Shown: piece after piece, positions 1 through 9,115 of the stretch
Layout of the letters: each line of letters opens with the position of its first letter
How positions within the stretch are numbered: the stretch's first letter is position 1
From: an uncultured Chloroflexia bacterium
Lineage (GTDB): Bacteria; Chloroflexota; Limnocylindria; QHBO01
Assembly (NCBI GenBank): GCA_963844265.1
Contig: CAWJMZ010000004.1
Location: forward strand, 39,942-103,941
Direction: 5' to 3'
DNA: 64,000 nucleotides
The notes under the pieces: generated by a model
Database searches by the model: none
What the model saw: only the letters and a program-made list of their open reading frames with translations
What the model was told of the DNA's origin: nothing
Program-made: the position numbers and the translations under genes

Positions 1-2
1 AC

Positions 3-2405
3 GACTTCGAGGAGGTCGGCCGGACGCCGCGCCACAACACCCTGTTCGAGATGCTCGGCAACTGGAGCTTCGGCGACTACTTCAAGCGGGAAGCGATCCA
101 CTGGCACTGGGAGTTCCTGACCTCGACCCTCGGCATCGCTCCCGACCGGCTGGCCGCGACCGTGTACACCGATGACGACGAGGCCTACGACATCTGGTCG
201 GGCGAGATTGGCCTGCCGCCCGACCGGATCGTCCGCTGGGGGAACATCGCCGTCGGCGACGAGAAGAACTTCTGGCAGATGGGTGACACCGGGCCGTGCG
301 GCCCGTGCAGCGAGCTCCATTACGACCGCGGCGCGCATCTCTCGGAGGGTCCGGAATGCATTCCGGACCATTCGGAGCACTGCCCGCGCTGGCTCGAGGT
401 TGGCAACCTCGTCTTCATGCAGTTCGATCGCGCTGCGGATGGGACGCTGACGCCGCTCCCGTTCAGGAGCGTCGACACGGGGACCGGCCTGGAACGGCTC
501 GCATCGGTCGTCCAGGGGGTCGACTCGAACTACCGGACGGACCTCTTCGCGCCGATCATCGATCGCCTGGCGGAGTTTATCGGCCATGACCCCGAGACGG
601 TCGAGTCGGAGCGCTTCAGCTACCAGGTCGTGGCCGATCACTCGCGGGCCATGACGTTCCTGCTCGCGGAAGGCGTCACGCCCTCGAACGAGGGTCCCGG
701 CTACGTGCTGCGCCGCATCATGCGACGCGCGGTGCGTCACGGGCGCCTTCTCGGCATCACGCGACCGTTCCTGCGCGAGACGTGCGCCGTCGTGATCGAG
801 CTCATGGGCGGGGCCTACCCGAACCTCGTTGCCCGCCGCGCCGAGATCCTCGACGCCATCGCGGCAGAGGAGGAGAAGTTCGCGCGCACCCTCGAGGCCG
901 GCTCGGCACGGCTGGAGGAGCTGGTCGCCGCGGGCGGCCTCATCAGCGGCGCGGATGCGTTCCGTCTGCATGACACGTTCGGCTTCCCGATCGACCTGAC
1001 CATCGAGATGGCGGCGGAGCGCGGCGTGACCGTCGATCGGGCCGGCTTCGACGCGGCCATGACCGAGCAGCGCGAGCGCTCGCGTGGTGCGAAGCAGGGC
1101 GGCCTGGCCGTGCGCGACGAGCTGGCCGCGCTGCCGAGCGAGTTCATCGGCTACCCGAACGTCACCGAGGCCGACGACCTGCGCATCCTCGGCCTGGAGC
1201 AGCTCGAGGACGGCCGATGGGGCCTCGTGCTCGACCGCACCCCGTTCTACGCCGAGGGTGGCGGCCAGATCGGAGACCGCGGCACCCTGCTGGGCGAGCG
1301 CGGGCGGATGACCGTCGAGGACACCCAGCGGGTCGGTGACGCCATCGTCCACGTCGGCGCCATCGAGGGGACGTTGAGCCGCGGGGAGTCGATCGCCGAG
1401 GCGCGAGTCGACGAGCAGCGTCGATGGGCGGCGGCCCGCAACCACACGGGCACGCACCTGCTCCACCGCGCGCTGCGTGACGTGCTCGGCGAGCAGGCGA
1501 AGCAGGCCGGCTCGTGGGTCGGGCCGGAGGGACTGCGCTTCGACTTCCCGGCACAGTCGGCCACGCCGCGCGACGCGCTGCGCGAGGTCGAGCGACTGGT
1601 GAACGTTCAGATTCGACGAGACGCGCCGGTCACGCCCGAGCTGATGCGGATGGAAACGGCGCAGGCGCTCGGGGCCGACATGTTCTTCGGGGAGAAGTAC
1701 CTCCCGGAGTCGGTGCGCGTGGTCCAGGTGGACGGCTACTCGAAGGAGCTGTGCGGCGGCACGCACGTCGCCTCGACGGGCCAGATCGGGGCGTTCCTCA
1801 TCACCGGCGAGTCGAGTATCGGCGCGGGCCTGCGGCGGATCGAAGCGGTCACGGGCGAAGGGGCCACCGAGCTGATCGCCGATCGGCTCGACGCCCTCCG
1901 CTCGACCGCCCAGCTCCTGGGCGAGAAGGAGGAGCAGGTCCCGCAGCGCGTGGAGACGCTGCTCGGCCGGCTACGCGACGCCGAGAAGGCGGCCAGGGCG
2001 CCGAAGGCGGCGGCAACGAAGCTCGACGCCGCGTCCGCGCTCCACGGCGCCCAGGACGCGGGCAGCGCGAAGGTGATCGTGCAGGCCTTCGCCGAAGCCG
2101 ATGCGAACGCGCTGCGTGCGCTGGCCGATGATCTGCGCGGGATGACCGGGCGGTTCGTCGCCGTCCTCGGCGGGGGCAGCGACGGCAGGCCGGCGCTTCT
2201 CGTGGCAGCGTCGAAGGATCTCGCCGCGGAGGGCTTCGACAGCGGCGCCATCGTGCGCGAGGCGGCGTCGATCATTGGGGGCGGGGGAGGCGGACGCCCG
2301 GACCTGGCCCAGGCGGGCGGCACAGACGCTGCCCGCCTCGACGAGGCGCTGCGCGAGGCTGGTCGCCTGGCGCTCGAGGCGCTGCAGCGGATCGAGTCGA
2401 GCTGA
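3..2405 (+). CDS. alaS: Alanine--tRNA ligase, 5' end cut by the window edge
   Basis: The frame is open from nt 3, and the listed ORF 51..2405 is its in-frame continuation. AlaRS motifs are present: GNWSFGDYFK, WLEVGNLVFMQF, editing-domain HTGTHLLH and C-terminal GGGGGRPDLAQAGG. Confidence 0.97.
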   Translation, partial: DFEEVGRTPRHNTLFEMLGNWSFGDYFKREAIHWHWEFLTSTLGIAPDRLAATVYTDDDEAYDIWSGEIGLPPDRIVRWGNIAVGDEKNFWQMGDTGPCGPCSELHYDRGAHLSEGPECIPDHSEHCPRWLEVGNLVFMQFDRAADGTLTPLPFRSVDTGTGLERLASVVQGVDSNYRTDLFAPIIDRLAEFIGHDPETVESERFSYQVVADHSRAMTFLLAEGVTPSNEGPGYVLRRIMRRAVRHGRLLGITRPFLRETCAVVIELMGGAYPNLVARRAEILDAIAAEEEKFARTLEAGSARLEELVAAGGLISGADAFRLHDTFGFPIDLTIEMAAERGVTVDRAGFDAAMTEQRERSRGAKQGGLAVRDELAALPSEFIGYPNVTEADDLRILGLEQLEDGRWGLVLDRTPFYAEGGGQIGDRGTLLGERGRMTVEDTQRVGDAIVHVGAIEGTLSRGESIAEARVDEQRRWAAARNHTGTHLLHRALRDVLGEQAKQAGSWVGPEGLRFDFPAQSATPRDALREVERLVNVQIRRDAPVTPELMRMETAQALGADMFFGEKYLPESVRVVQVDGYSKELCGGTHVASTGQIGAFLITGESSIGAGLRRIEAVTGEGATELIADRLDALRSTAQLLGEKEEQVPQRVETLLGRLRDAEKAARAPKAAATKLDAASALHGAQDAGSAKVIVQAFAEADANALRALADDLRGMTGRFVAVLGGGSDGRPALLVAASKDLAAEGFDSGAIVREAASIIGGGGGGRPDLAQAGGTDAARLDEALREAGRLALEALQRIESS

Positions 2406-2415
2406 CCGCGGGATC

Positions 2416-3702
2416 GTGACGGCCGTCGGGCACCTCTGGAGCCGCGTCACCGACCGCGTCCGGAGCGCCGGCCGCGGCCGCGGGGCACCACCCGCGATCG
2501 CATCGCTCGACATCGGGACCGAGTACGCCAAGGCGCTGGTCCTCAGCGTCGAGCGTGACGAGGAGGGCCGGCTCGTGGGAGTGGTGCGCGGGACCGGCCG
2601 CCAGCGACAGGGCCTGGCGCACATGCAGTCCGGAACGGTGAGCGACATCGACGCGGTGGTCGCCAACTGCCACATCGCGATGGACGAGGCGAGGACGATG
2701 GCTGGCCGCCGGCCGATGGCGGCCGTGATCGGCATCGCCGGAGAGTTGGTGAAGGGGACGACCAGCGTCTCCACCGCCCGACGGAACGACGCGCGCCGCC
2801 CGATGGACGACGCGGAGCTGGAACGGCTCGTGTCCCATGCCCAGCAGCGCGCGCTGCGGGAGGCCGAGGAACGCATCCGCTGGGAGTCCGGCGTCGACCG
2901 CCTCGACGTGCGCCTCGTGCACGCGGCGATCGTCGAGATGCGGATCGACGGCTACCCCGTGAGCAACCCGATCGGCTTCACCGGGGCACAGGTCGAGCTG
3001 CACCTGTTCAACGCCTTCGCGCCGATGGTGCACCTCGGTGCGCTCCAGTCGGTTGCCACCGCGCTCGAGCTGGACCTGCTGGGCGTGATCGCCGAGCCGT
3101 ATGCCGTTGCCACGTGTCTCGACCCGGGGGAGCTGGGAGATGCCGGCGCCGTGTTTGTCGACATCGGCGGCGGGACGACCGACGTGGCACTCGTCCGCGG
3201 CGGCGGGATCAGCGGCACAAAGATGCTCGCGCTCGGGGGGCGCGCGTTCACGAAGGGGTTGGTCGAGAAGCTCGGCATCTCATTCGCCGATGCGGAGGAA
3301 GCGAAACTGACGGAGGCCGAATCACGGCCCGATGTGTCCGACACCCTGCTGGAGGACGCCAGGATCTGGCGCGATGGGGTCGAGCTCATGATCGGGGAGC
3401 TGGCGGGTGACGACCTGCTGCCGGCCCGCATCCTCCTGTGCGGCGGCGGCGCCGACCTGCCGCAGGTGCGCGCGGTCCTCGACGAGGACGAATGGTGGAG
3501 CCGCTTGCCGTTCGCACGCCGTCCGAAGGTGCGCGCAATGGCGCCGGACGAGGTGGTCGGCCTGCGGGACGGGACCGAGCGCCTCGCGACGCGCCAGGAC
3601 GTGACGCCGTTGGCGCTGGCCCACCAGGCGCTGATCCTCGACGCGGGCGCTTCGGCCGTCGACCGGGCTATGCGTGGCGTCGTGCGGGAGCTGGGCCTGT
3701 GA
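2416..3702 (+). CDS. FtsA/PilM-like actin-fold ATPase, not in a dcw context
   Basis: A GTG at 2416 lies 10 nt after the alaS stop; the ORF-track start at 2275 would overlap alaS by 130 nt. Motifs include IASLDIGTEYAKALV (phosphate-1), VFVDIGGGTTDVALV (phosphate-2), LALGGRAFT and LLCGGGADLPQV, with an FtsA-like overall layout. Confidence 0.8.
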   Translation: MTAVGHLWSRVTDRVRSAGRGRGAPPAIASLDIGTEYAKALVLSVERDEEGRLVGVVRGTGRQRQGLAHMQSGTVSDIDAVVANCHIAMDEARTMAGRRPMAAVIGIAGELVKGTTSVSTARRNDARRPMDDAELERLVSHAQQRALREAEERIRWESGVDRLDVRLVHAAIVEMRIDGYPVSNPIGFTGAQVELHLFNAFAPMVHLGALQSVATALELDLLGVIAEPYAVATCLDPGELGDAGAVFVDIGGGTTDVALVRGGGISGTKMLALGGRAFTKGLVEKLGISFADAEEAKLTEAESRPDVSDTLLEDARIWRDGVELMIGELAGDDLLPARILLCGGGADLPQVRAVLDEDEWWSRLPFARRPKVRAMAPDEVVGLRDGTERLATRQDVTPLALAHQALILDAGASAVDRAMRGVVRELGL

Positions 3703-5339
3703 GCGACGCCCCCACCGTCCTCTACCTCGAGTCCGACGACGAGGTCACCTCGGTCGTCCGCCGGCTCCGGGCGGCGGACCCGGGCCCGGTGCTGGTCGTC
3801 GCGCCCGGGCGGTCACGGGCCACCTCCTCGGTGGTCGCGCTCCGCCTGCTGGCTCGCGCAGCCGATGCCGATTCCCGTTCGCTCACCGTCGTCGGCGACG
3901 CGCTCACGCGCTCACTGGCCGCGGAGGCGGGCGTGCCCGCGTTCAGCACCCTGGACGAGGCCCGACGCTCCGACGCTTCGGCAGCTCCGCCGCCCGACCC
4001 ACACCGCGCCACGATCCACGTGGTCCGCGGTCCAGCGACCGACGACTCCGCTCCGACGCTCGCCGCTGCGTCCGTCGTCGCGGCAGCGACCGTCGCGACG
4101 CCCAGGGACGTCGCTCCCGTCCCCGGCGATGCGGACATCACGCGACCCGTGCCCGTGGTCCGGCCGAGGCCCGCACCCGCTTCCCGTGCTGCCTCGACGG
4201 GAGGCCGCGCGCGTCCGGCCGCCCTGCTCGGAGCGATCGCCCTGCTGCTCGCCGGCGCGGTGGTGGCGGGCGCTGCGTTCCTGCCGGCGGCAACGATCAC
4301 GATCGCGCCGGACGCGGAGACCATCGCGCCGCGGCCGTACTCAGTCGCCGTCGACGATCTGTCTCGCCAGGACGGCACCGCCACCGCCGCTGCCGAGGTC
4401 ACCGCGACCGGTACCTACCAGGTCCTGGAGCCAGCCACCGGCTCTGTTGTCTTCCTCAACTGGACGGCCTTCCCCGTCGACGTGGGGGCCGGGAGCCTCG
4501 TCGCGGCCGGGGAGCAGGCGTTCGCGACGGCTGAGACTGTCACCGTGCCGCCGGGGGACCTCACGTCGGAGGGCACGATCCAGGCGGGCGAGGCATCGGT
4601 GGGTGCAGTGGCAGCCGCACCGGGCCCTGCGGCGAACGTTGCTGCCGGGGCGATCGACACCGTCCTTGATCGTTCCACTGCGGCGCGGCTGCGCGGCTTC
4701 CCAAGCAACCCTGAGCGCCTTGTGACGAACCCGGAGCCGACGGCGGGTGGGGTCGACACCAGCGGCCCCGAGATCATCCAGGCGGACGTGGACGCGGCGG
4801 TCGAGGCCCTTCGCGGCGAGCTCGCGCAGGCAGTCGAGGCGGCCGTGGCCGAGATCCCGGACGGGATCACCGTGGTCGCGGAACCGGTGGAGCCGACCAT
4901 CGAGGGCGTCGACGGCCTGGTCGGCACGCGCGACCAGGACACCGCCGAGATCCAGGGCTCCCAGCCCTGGGCGGCCGATGTGGCCGATCCGGAGCAGGTG
5001 ACGGCGGCGGCCGAGAGCGCGTTCCTCGCGGACCCTGCCGCCGTCCCCGACGGCATGGAGGTCCTCCCTGGGTCGACGACCGTGACGGTCGGCGAGGGGA
5101 CGATCGATGGCGACTCCATGCGCGTCGACACCACGGTGAGCGCGCGCGCCGCACCGATTGTCGACCCGGAGGTGGTGCGAGCGCGAGTTGCCGGCGCGAC
5201 GGCGGAGGAGGCGGAGGCCGAGCTGGCCGACATCGGCCAGGCAACCGTCGAGCTCTGGCCCGGGTGGGTGACCACCGTTCCGACCATGGACGCACGGGTC
5301 GAGGTGGTGGTCGTGGATGCCGAGGTCGATGCCCAGTGA
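3699..5339 (+). CDS. Single-pass membrane protein with a cytoplasmic N-domain, Pro/Ala-rich linker, one TM helix and a Baseplate_J-like extracytoplasmic domain
   Basis: The GTG start overlaps the upstream stop (GTGA at 3699-3702). The TM helix is ALLGAIALLLAGAVVAGAAFL. The segment GSLVAAGEQAFATAETVTVPP...GEASVGAVAAAPGPAANVAAGAIDTVLD resembles the Baseplate_J/gp47 signature from memory. Third codon positions are almost all G/C. Confidence 0.7.
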   Translation: MSDAPTVLYLESDDEVTSVVRRLRAADPGPVLVVAPGRSRATSSVVALRLLARAADADSRSLTVVGDALTRSLAAEAGVPAFSTLDEARRSDASAAPPPDPHRATIHVVRGPATDDSAPTLAAASVVAAATVATPRDVAPVPGDADITRPVPVVRPRPAPASRAASTGGRARPAALLGAIALLLAGAVVAGAAFLPAATITIAPDAETIAPRPYSVAVDDLSRQDGTATAAAEVTATGTYQVLEPATGSVVFLNWTAFPVDVGAGSLVAAGEQAFATAETVTVPPGDLTSEGTIQAGEASVGAVAAAPGPAANVAAGAIDTVLDRSTAARLRGFPSNPERLVTNPEPTAGGVDTSGPEIIQADVDAAVEALRGELAQAVEAAVAEIPDGITVVAEPVEPTIEGVDGLVGTRDQDTAEIQGSQPWAADVADPEQVTAAAESAFLADPAAVPDGMEVLPGSTTVTVGEGTIDGDSMRVDTTVSARAAPIVDPEVVRARVAGATAEEAEAELADIGQATVELWPGWVTTVPTMDARVEVVVVDAEVDAQ

Positions 5340-5776
5340 GCAGGCTCCTCGGCCTCGACCACGGCAAGCGCCGGATCGGTGTCGCGATCGCCGACTCGGA
5401 AACCGGCATGGCGTTTGCTCGGGTGGCGATCCAGCGGCGCAACCTCGATCACGATCTGGCCGTCGTCGGTGAGCTGTGCACCACCGAGGGGGTGGGGCGG
5501 ATCGTGATCGGGCTGCCGCTCAACATGGACGGCACGGAGGGTCCGCAGGCGGCCGAGGCACGCGCCTTCGGGGAGGGTCTCGCATCGCACGGGCTGGACG
5601 TCGTCTACGAGGACGAGCGGCTGAGCAGCTGGGAGGCGTCGCAACGCCTCGCCGATGCGGGCCGTCATCCGGCACGCGGGAGTGGAGAGCTGGACTCGGC
5701 GGCTGCCCGCGTGATCCTGCAACAATATCTGGACGCCCGGCACCGGCCGGGCCGCGTCGTCGAGGAGACTGAATGA
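5336..5776 (+). CDS. ruvX: Putative pre-16S rRNA nuclease / Holliday junction resolvase-like YqgF
   Basis: The GTG start overlaps the upstream stop (GTGA at 5336-5339). Motifs: LLGLDHGKRRIGVAIAD, IVIGLPLNMDGTEG and DERLSSWEA. Confidence 0.93.
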   Translation: MSRLLGLDHGKRRIGVAIADSETGMAFARVAIQRRNLDHDLAVVGELCTTEGVGRIVIGLPLNMDGTEGPQAAEARAFGEGLASHGLDVVYEDERLSSWEASQRLADAGRHPARGSGELDSAAARVILQQYLDARHRPGRVVEETE

Positions 5777-7155
5777 GCCGACCCCCCAGCTCGTACGAGT
5801 ACGAGGAGCGCCGGAACGCGCGGATCCGCCAGCTGCGAGAGCAGCGCGAAGGCCCTGTCCGCCGACGGCGTCGGGTCCAGCCTCTCCTCCTGGCCGCATG
5901 GATCGCGGGCACGATCGCGCTCCTGGTGGCGGCCATCTTCATCGGCTTCAACATCTTCTTCGCCCCACGGGTAATGGCCTGGGTGGAGGAGAACCCCGGC
6001 GCCATCGAGCACGGTCTCGTCGAGGACTTCGTCCGGTGGTACCAGCCGGACGTGCTGGCCGACGAGCCGGCGGCAGCTGAACAGCGTCGCGTGTCCGTCA
6101 CGATCGAGCAGGGGGCCACCGAGACCTCGATCGGTCAGCTCTTGGCCGAGCAGGGCCTGATCTCGAGCGAGATCGCGTTCCAGTACGCGATCATCACCGC
6201 CGGCCGAGAGGGCACGATCGCCCACGGCACGTTCGACCTGTCGCCGACGCTGCGACCGTCCGAGATCGTCGCGGCGCTGCGCGGTGAGGAGTTCGGTCCC
6301 ACCACCGACGTGACCATCCGCGAGGGCCTGCGGCTGGAAGAGGTCGTGGCCGCCTTCTCCGAGAGCGAGATGACGATGAACATGGAGGAGTTCGCTGCCA
6401 TCCTCCAGGCGCCTCCCGCGGAGCTCCTCAACCAGTTCGAGTTCCTCGCGGACCTGCCGGAGGGCCGGTCACTCGAGGGCTATATCCCGCCCGACACGTA
6501 CAACTTCCAGATCGCGGGGGAGCACGCCACGCCGACCGCCGTGGTCACGGCGCTGCTCGGCCAGTTCGGCGAGCGGCTCACCGACGGCATCCGCGAGGGC
6601 ATCGCCGCCCACGGACTGTCGCTCGACCAGGCGGTGATCATCGCCAGCATCGTCGAGCGCGAGGCGGTGATCGACGAAGAGCGGCCGCAGATCGCGGCGG
6701 TGTACATCAACCGCTTCAAGAACCCCGAGAACGGGGTCACCAACGGGCTGCTCAACGCCGACCCCACCCTCCAGTACGGCCTGATGACCGGGGAGTCCCG
6801 GCCGCTGGGCCATCCCCTGATCGCGGAGACGGAGGGCGGCTTCACGCCGGTCGACGAGTGGGGCGGCGTCGAGTGGTGGCCGCAGCTGCAGGTCTCCGGA
6901 GGCGAGGTCGCCCTCGAGGAATCCCTGCTTGGATTCCAGACGTACACGCAGCCCGGCCTTCCCCCCATGCCGATCGCGATGCCTCGAACGGACTCGCTCG
7001 AGGCGGTGGCCACCGCGCCGGTCGACGAGGGCTACCTGTTCTTCGTCGCCGGCTGCCCGGATGGCCAGCGCGACGGATCGCACTACTTCTCTCGCACGCT
7101 GGAGGAGCACAACGCGTTCATCGCGCAGGCCAACGAGGAGTGCGCGGGTCAGTGA
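5773..7155 (+). CDS. mltG: Endolytic murein transglycosylase (YceG family)
   Basis: The start overlaps the ruvX stop by ATGA. It has an N-terminal TM helix plus YceG motifs IASIVEREA, AAVYINRF and ADPTLQYG. Confidence 0.93.
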   Translation: MSRPPSSYEYEERRNARIRQLREQREGPVRRRRRVQPLLLAAWIAGTIALLVAAIFIGFNIFFAPRVMAWVEENPGAIEHGLVEDFVRWYQPDVLADEPAAAEQRRVSVTIEQGATETSIGQLLAEQGLISSEIAFQYAIITAGREGTIAHGTFDLSPTLRPSEIVAALRGEEFGPTTDVTIREGLRLEEVVAAFSESEMTMNMEEFAAILQAPPAELLNQFEFLADLPEGRSLEGYIPPDTYNFQIAGEHATPTAVVTALLGQFGERLTDGIREGIAAHGLSLDQAVIIASIVEREAVIDEERPQIAAVYINRFKNPENGVTNGLLNADPTLQYGLMTGESRPLGHPLIAETEGGFTPVDEWGGVEWWPQLQVSGGEVALEESLLGFQTYTQPGLPPMPIAMPRTDSLEAVATAPVDEGYLFFVAGCPDGQRDGSHYFSRTLEEHNAFIAQANEECAGQ

Positions 7156-8270
7156 CCTCCACGGCGCCGGCGCTGACGGACGAACGCCTGGGTGCGCTGC
7201 GAAGCGTGCTCGACGAGCGTTCGCTCGACGGGGTGCTGCTGTCCCGGGCCGCGAACAAGCGCTATTACAGCGGCTTTCGCCTGGGTGACGCCGAGGGCCC
7301 GACCTCGGGGTATGCCGGCACGCTGCTCGTCACCCGCGGCGCCCGCCTGATCCTGGCGGACTCGCGCTACACCGAGCAGGCGGCTCAGCAGTCGCCCGGC
7401 TGGACGCTGATGCCCACGGCACGGCCGCTCCACGAGGAGCTGCCAGCGCTGCTGCTCGAGCATCGGATCGAGGCATTGGGCATGGAGGCGGCGGTCGTCA
7501 GCCATGCCGACTGGGCCGCGCTCGCCGCGGCCGCTCCGGGCGTCGAGCTGCACGCGGTCGACGATGAGCTCGTTCCGCTCCGAATCCGGAAGGGCCCCGA
7601 TGAGGTGGAGGCCATCGGTCGTGCGTGCGCGTTGGCCGACGCCTGCTTCGACCATCTCGTGGCCTGGCTGTCAACGGGCATGACGGAGGCGGCGATCGCC
7701 TGGGAGATCGAGTCGTTCTTCCGCGCCCACGGCGCGGAGGGACCGTCCTTCGAGACGATCGTCCTGGCCGGCCCACGGGCGGCCATGCCCCACGGGCGGC
7801 CATCGTCCGCGACCGTCGAGCGCGGCAACGTCCTGCTCATCGACTTCGGATGCATCGTCGAGGGCTATCGGTCGGACATGACGCGGACCCTGTTCGTCGG
7901 TGACGTGCCCGACGAGATCCGTCGGTACCACGACGCCGTTCGCGAGGCGCAGGCGCTGGCTATGGCCGGGATTAGGCCGGGCGTGAATGGAGCGGACCTG
8001 GACGCGCTCGCCCGCGAGCGGATCGAGCGTGAGGGAATCGAGCCGTACGGGCACGGCCTGGGCCACGGCATCGGCCTGCAGACGCACGAGCCTCCCAGCC
8101 TGCGGGCCACGGTGCCGACGACGCTCGAGGCCGGCATGGTGTTCAGCGTGGAGCCTGGGATCTACCTGCCCGGCGTGACCGGCATTCGGATCGAGGACAT
8201 CGTCGTGCTCGACGAGATCGGGCCGCGCCTTCTGACCCATTCACCGCGCGAGCCGATCACCATCGGCTGA
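7152..8270 (+). CDS. Xaa-Pro aminopeptidase/dipeptidase (M24B)
   Basis: The GTG start overlaps the mltG stop (GTGA at 7152-7155). Motifs are DFGCIVEGYRSDMTRT, HGLGHGIGLQTHEPP and GIRIED. It sits next to efp, as pepQ does in mycobacteria. Confidence 0.9.
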   Translation: MTSTAPALTDERLGALRSVLDERSLDGVLLSRAANKRYYSGFRLGDAEGPTSGYAGTLLVTRGARLILADSRYTEQAAQQSPGWTLMPTARPLHEELPALLLEHRIEALGMEAAVVSHADWAALAAAAPGVELHAVDDELVPLRIRKGPDEVEAIGRACALADACFDHLVAWLSTGMTEAAIAWEIESFFRAHGAEGPSFETIVLAGPRAAMPHGRPSSATVERGNVLLIDFGCIVEGYRSDMTRTLFVGDVPDEIRRYHDAVREAQALAMAGIRPGVNGADLDALARERIEREGIEPYGHGLGHGIGLQTHEPPSLRATVPTTLEAGMVFSVEPGIYLPGVTGIRIEDIVVLDEIGPRLLTHSPREPITIG

Positions 8271-8549
8271 CGCTGCGGCGCGAACGAGCGACGGATCGTG
8301 CCCGGGTAGTGCCACTCGGTGCAACCCGGGCCGGGCGGAACGTGCCGCGGGTCAACGGACCCATGAGCGCCCCGACGAGGGCCTTTTGGGCGTCGATCGA
8401 CCCGCTTAGCGGGCGAAGCGACGCGCCAGGGCATTCTCGGGCGTTCGTTGACCCTCCCCCCGGGTCGCGGTAACCCGCCACGAAAGCCGGCGATCCAGGC
8501 ACGGTATCCTTCACCGCGCACCACGTCGGTCCATGAAGGGAAGCAACGA

Positions 8550-9110
8550 TTGATCAGCACCGGCGACGTCAAGAAGGGCGTCATCATCGAGCTCGACGGG
8601 CAGCTCATGAAGGTCCTCGACTGGAGCCATATCAAGATGGCGCGCGGCTCCGCGCAGGTCCGCATGAAGCTGCAGAACATCCGCAAGGGCGACATCGTCG
8701 AGCGGACGTTCCAGGCCGGTACCCGCTGGCCGCGGGCGCGGGTCGAGACGCGCGAGGCGCAGTACCTGTACTCCGACGGCGAGACGTTCCACTTCATGGA
8801 CTCGCAGACGTACGACCAGTTCGCCCTCAACGCTCGAACGCTCGGCGAGGACGCGCGCTACCTCAAGGAGAACACCGAGGTCACGTACAGCTCGCACGAC
8901 GGCGAGGTCCTCGGGCTCGAGCTGCCGGTGACGGTGGATCTGAGCGTGACCCAGACCGAGCCGGGCTTCGCCGGTGACACCGCGACCGGCGCGAAGAAGG
9001 CCGCCACCCTCGAGACGGGCCTCGTCGTCCAAGTACCGCTGTTCGTGAGCGAGGGCGACGTCCTCCGAGTCGACACCCGCACCGGCGAGTACGTCACCCG
9101 GGTCCAGTAA
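8550..9110 (+). CDS. efp: Elongation factor P
   Basis: A TTG start follows GAAGGGAAG and gives a 186-aa product. The sequence reads ISTGDVKKGVIIELDGQLMKVLDWSHIKMARGSAQVRMKL. Confidence 0.95.
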   Translation: MISTGDVKKGVIIELDGQLMKVLDWSHIKMARGSAQVRMKLQNIRKGDIVERTFQAGTRWPRARVETREAQYLYSDGETFHFMDSQTYDQFALNARTLGEDARYLKENTEVTYSSHDGEVLGLELPVTVDLSVTQTEPGFAGDTATGAKKAATLETGLVVQVPLFVSEGDVLRVDTRTGEYVTRVQ

Positions 9111-9115
9111 CGCCG

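Noticed and set aside
2275-2415. The ORF track gives long N-terminal extensions for many genes. Examples are starts at 2275, 3438, 5264, 6858, 8448, 22120, 23108, 24639, 31885, 40104, 48210, 49166, 50943, 58447 and 59229.
   Set aside because: These extensions overlap the preceding well-supported gene by tens to hundreds of nt and translate to Arg/Pro-rich junk. Internal ATG, GTG or TTG starts at 4-nt stop overlaps, after SD sequences or after TANNNT boxes give products of the expected family length.
3699-5339. The Baseplate_J-like domain, together with the 'phage holin' family protein at 36864..37244, could be evidence of a prophage.
   Set aside because: No capsid, terminase, portal, tail, integrase or lysis genes are present nearby. 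Both genes are embedded in, and translationally or transcriptionally tied to, housekeeping neighbours. PF04020-type proteins are widespread chromosomal membrane proteins.
8271-8549. The 279-nt gap upstream of efp could be an ncRNA or riboswitch.
   Set aside because: It contains only short generic hairpins, such as GCCCGGG-N18-CCCGGGC. I recognised no conserved riboswitch core, and the TTGACC at 8448 lacks a convincing -10. I cannot support any call without a covariance-model search.
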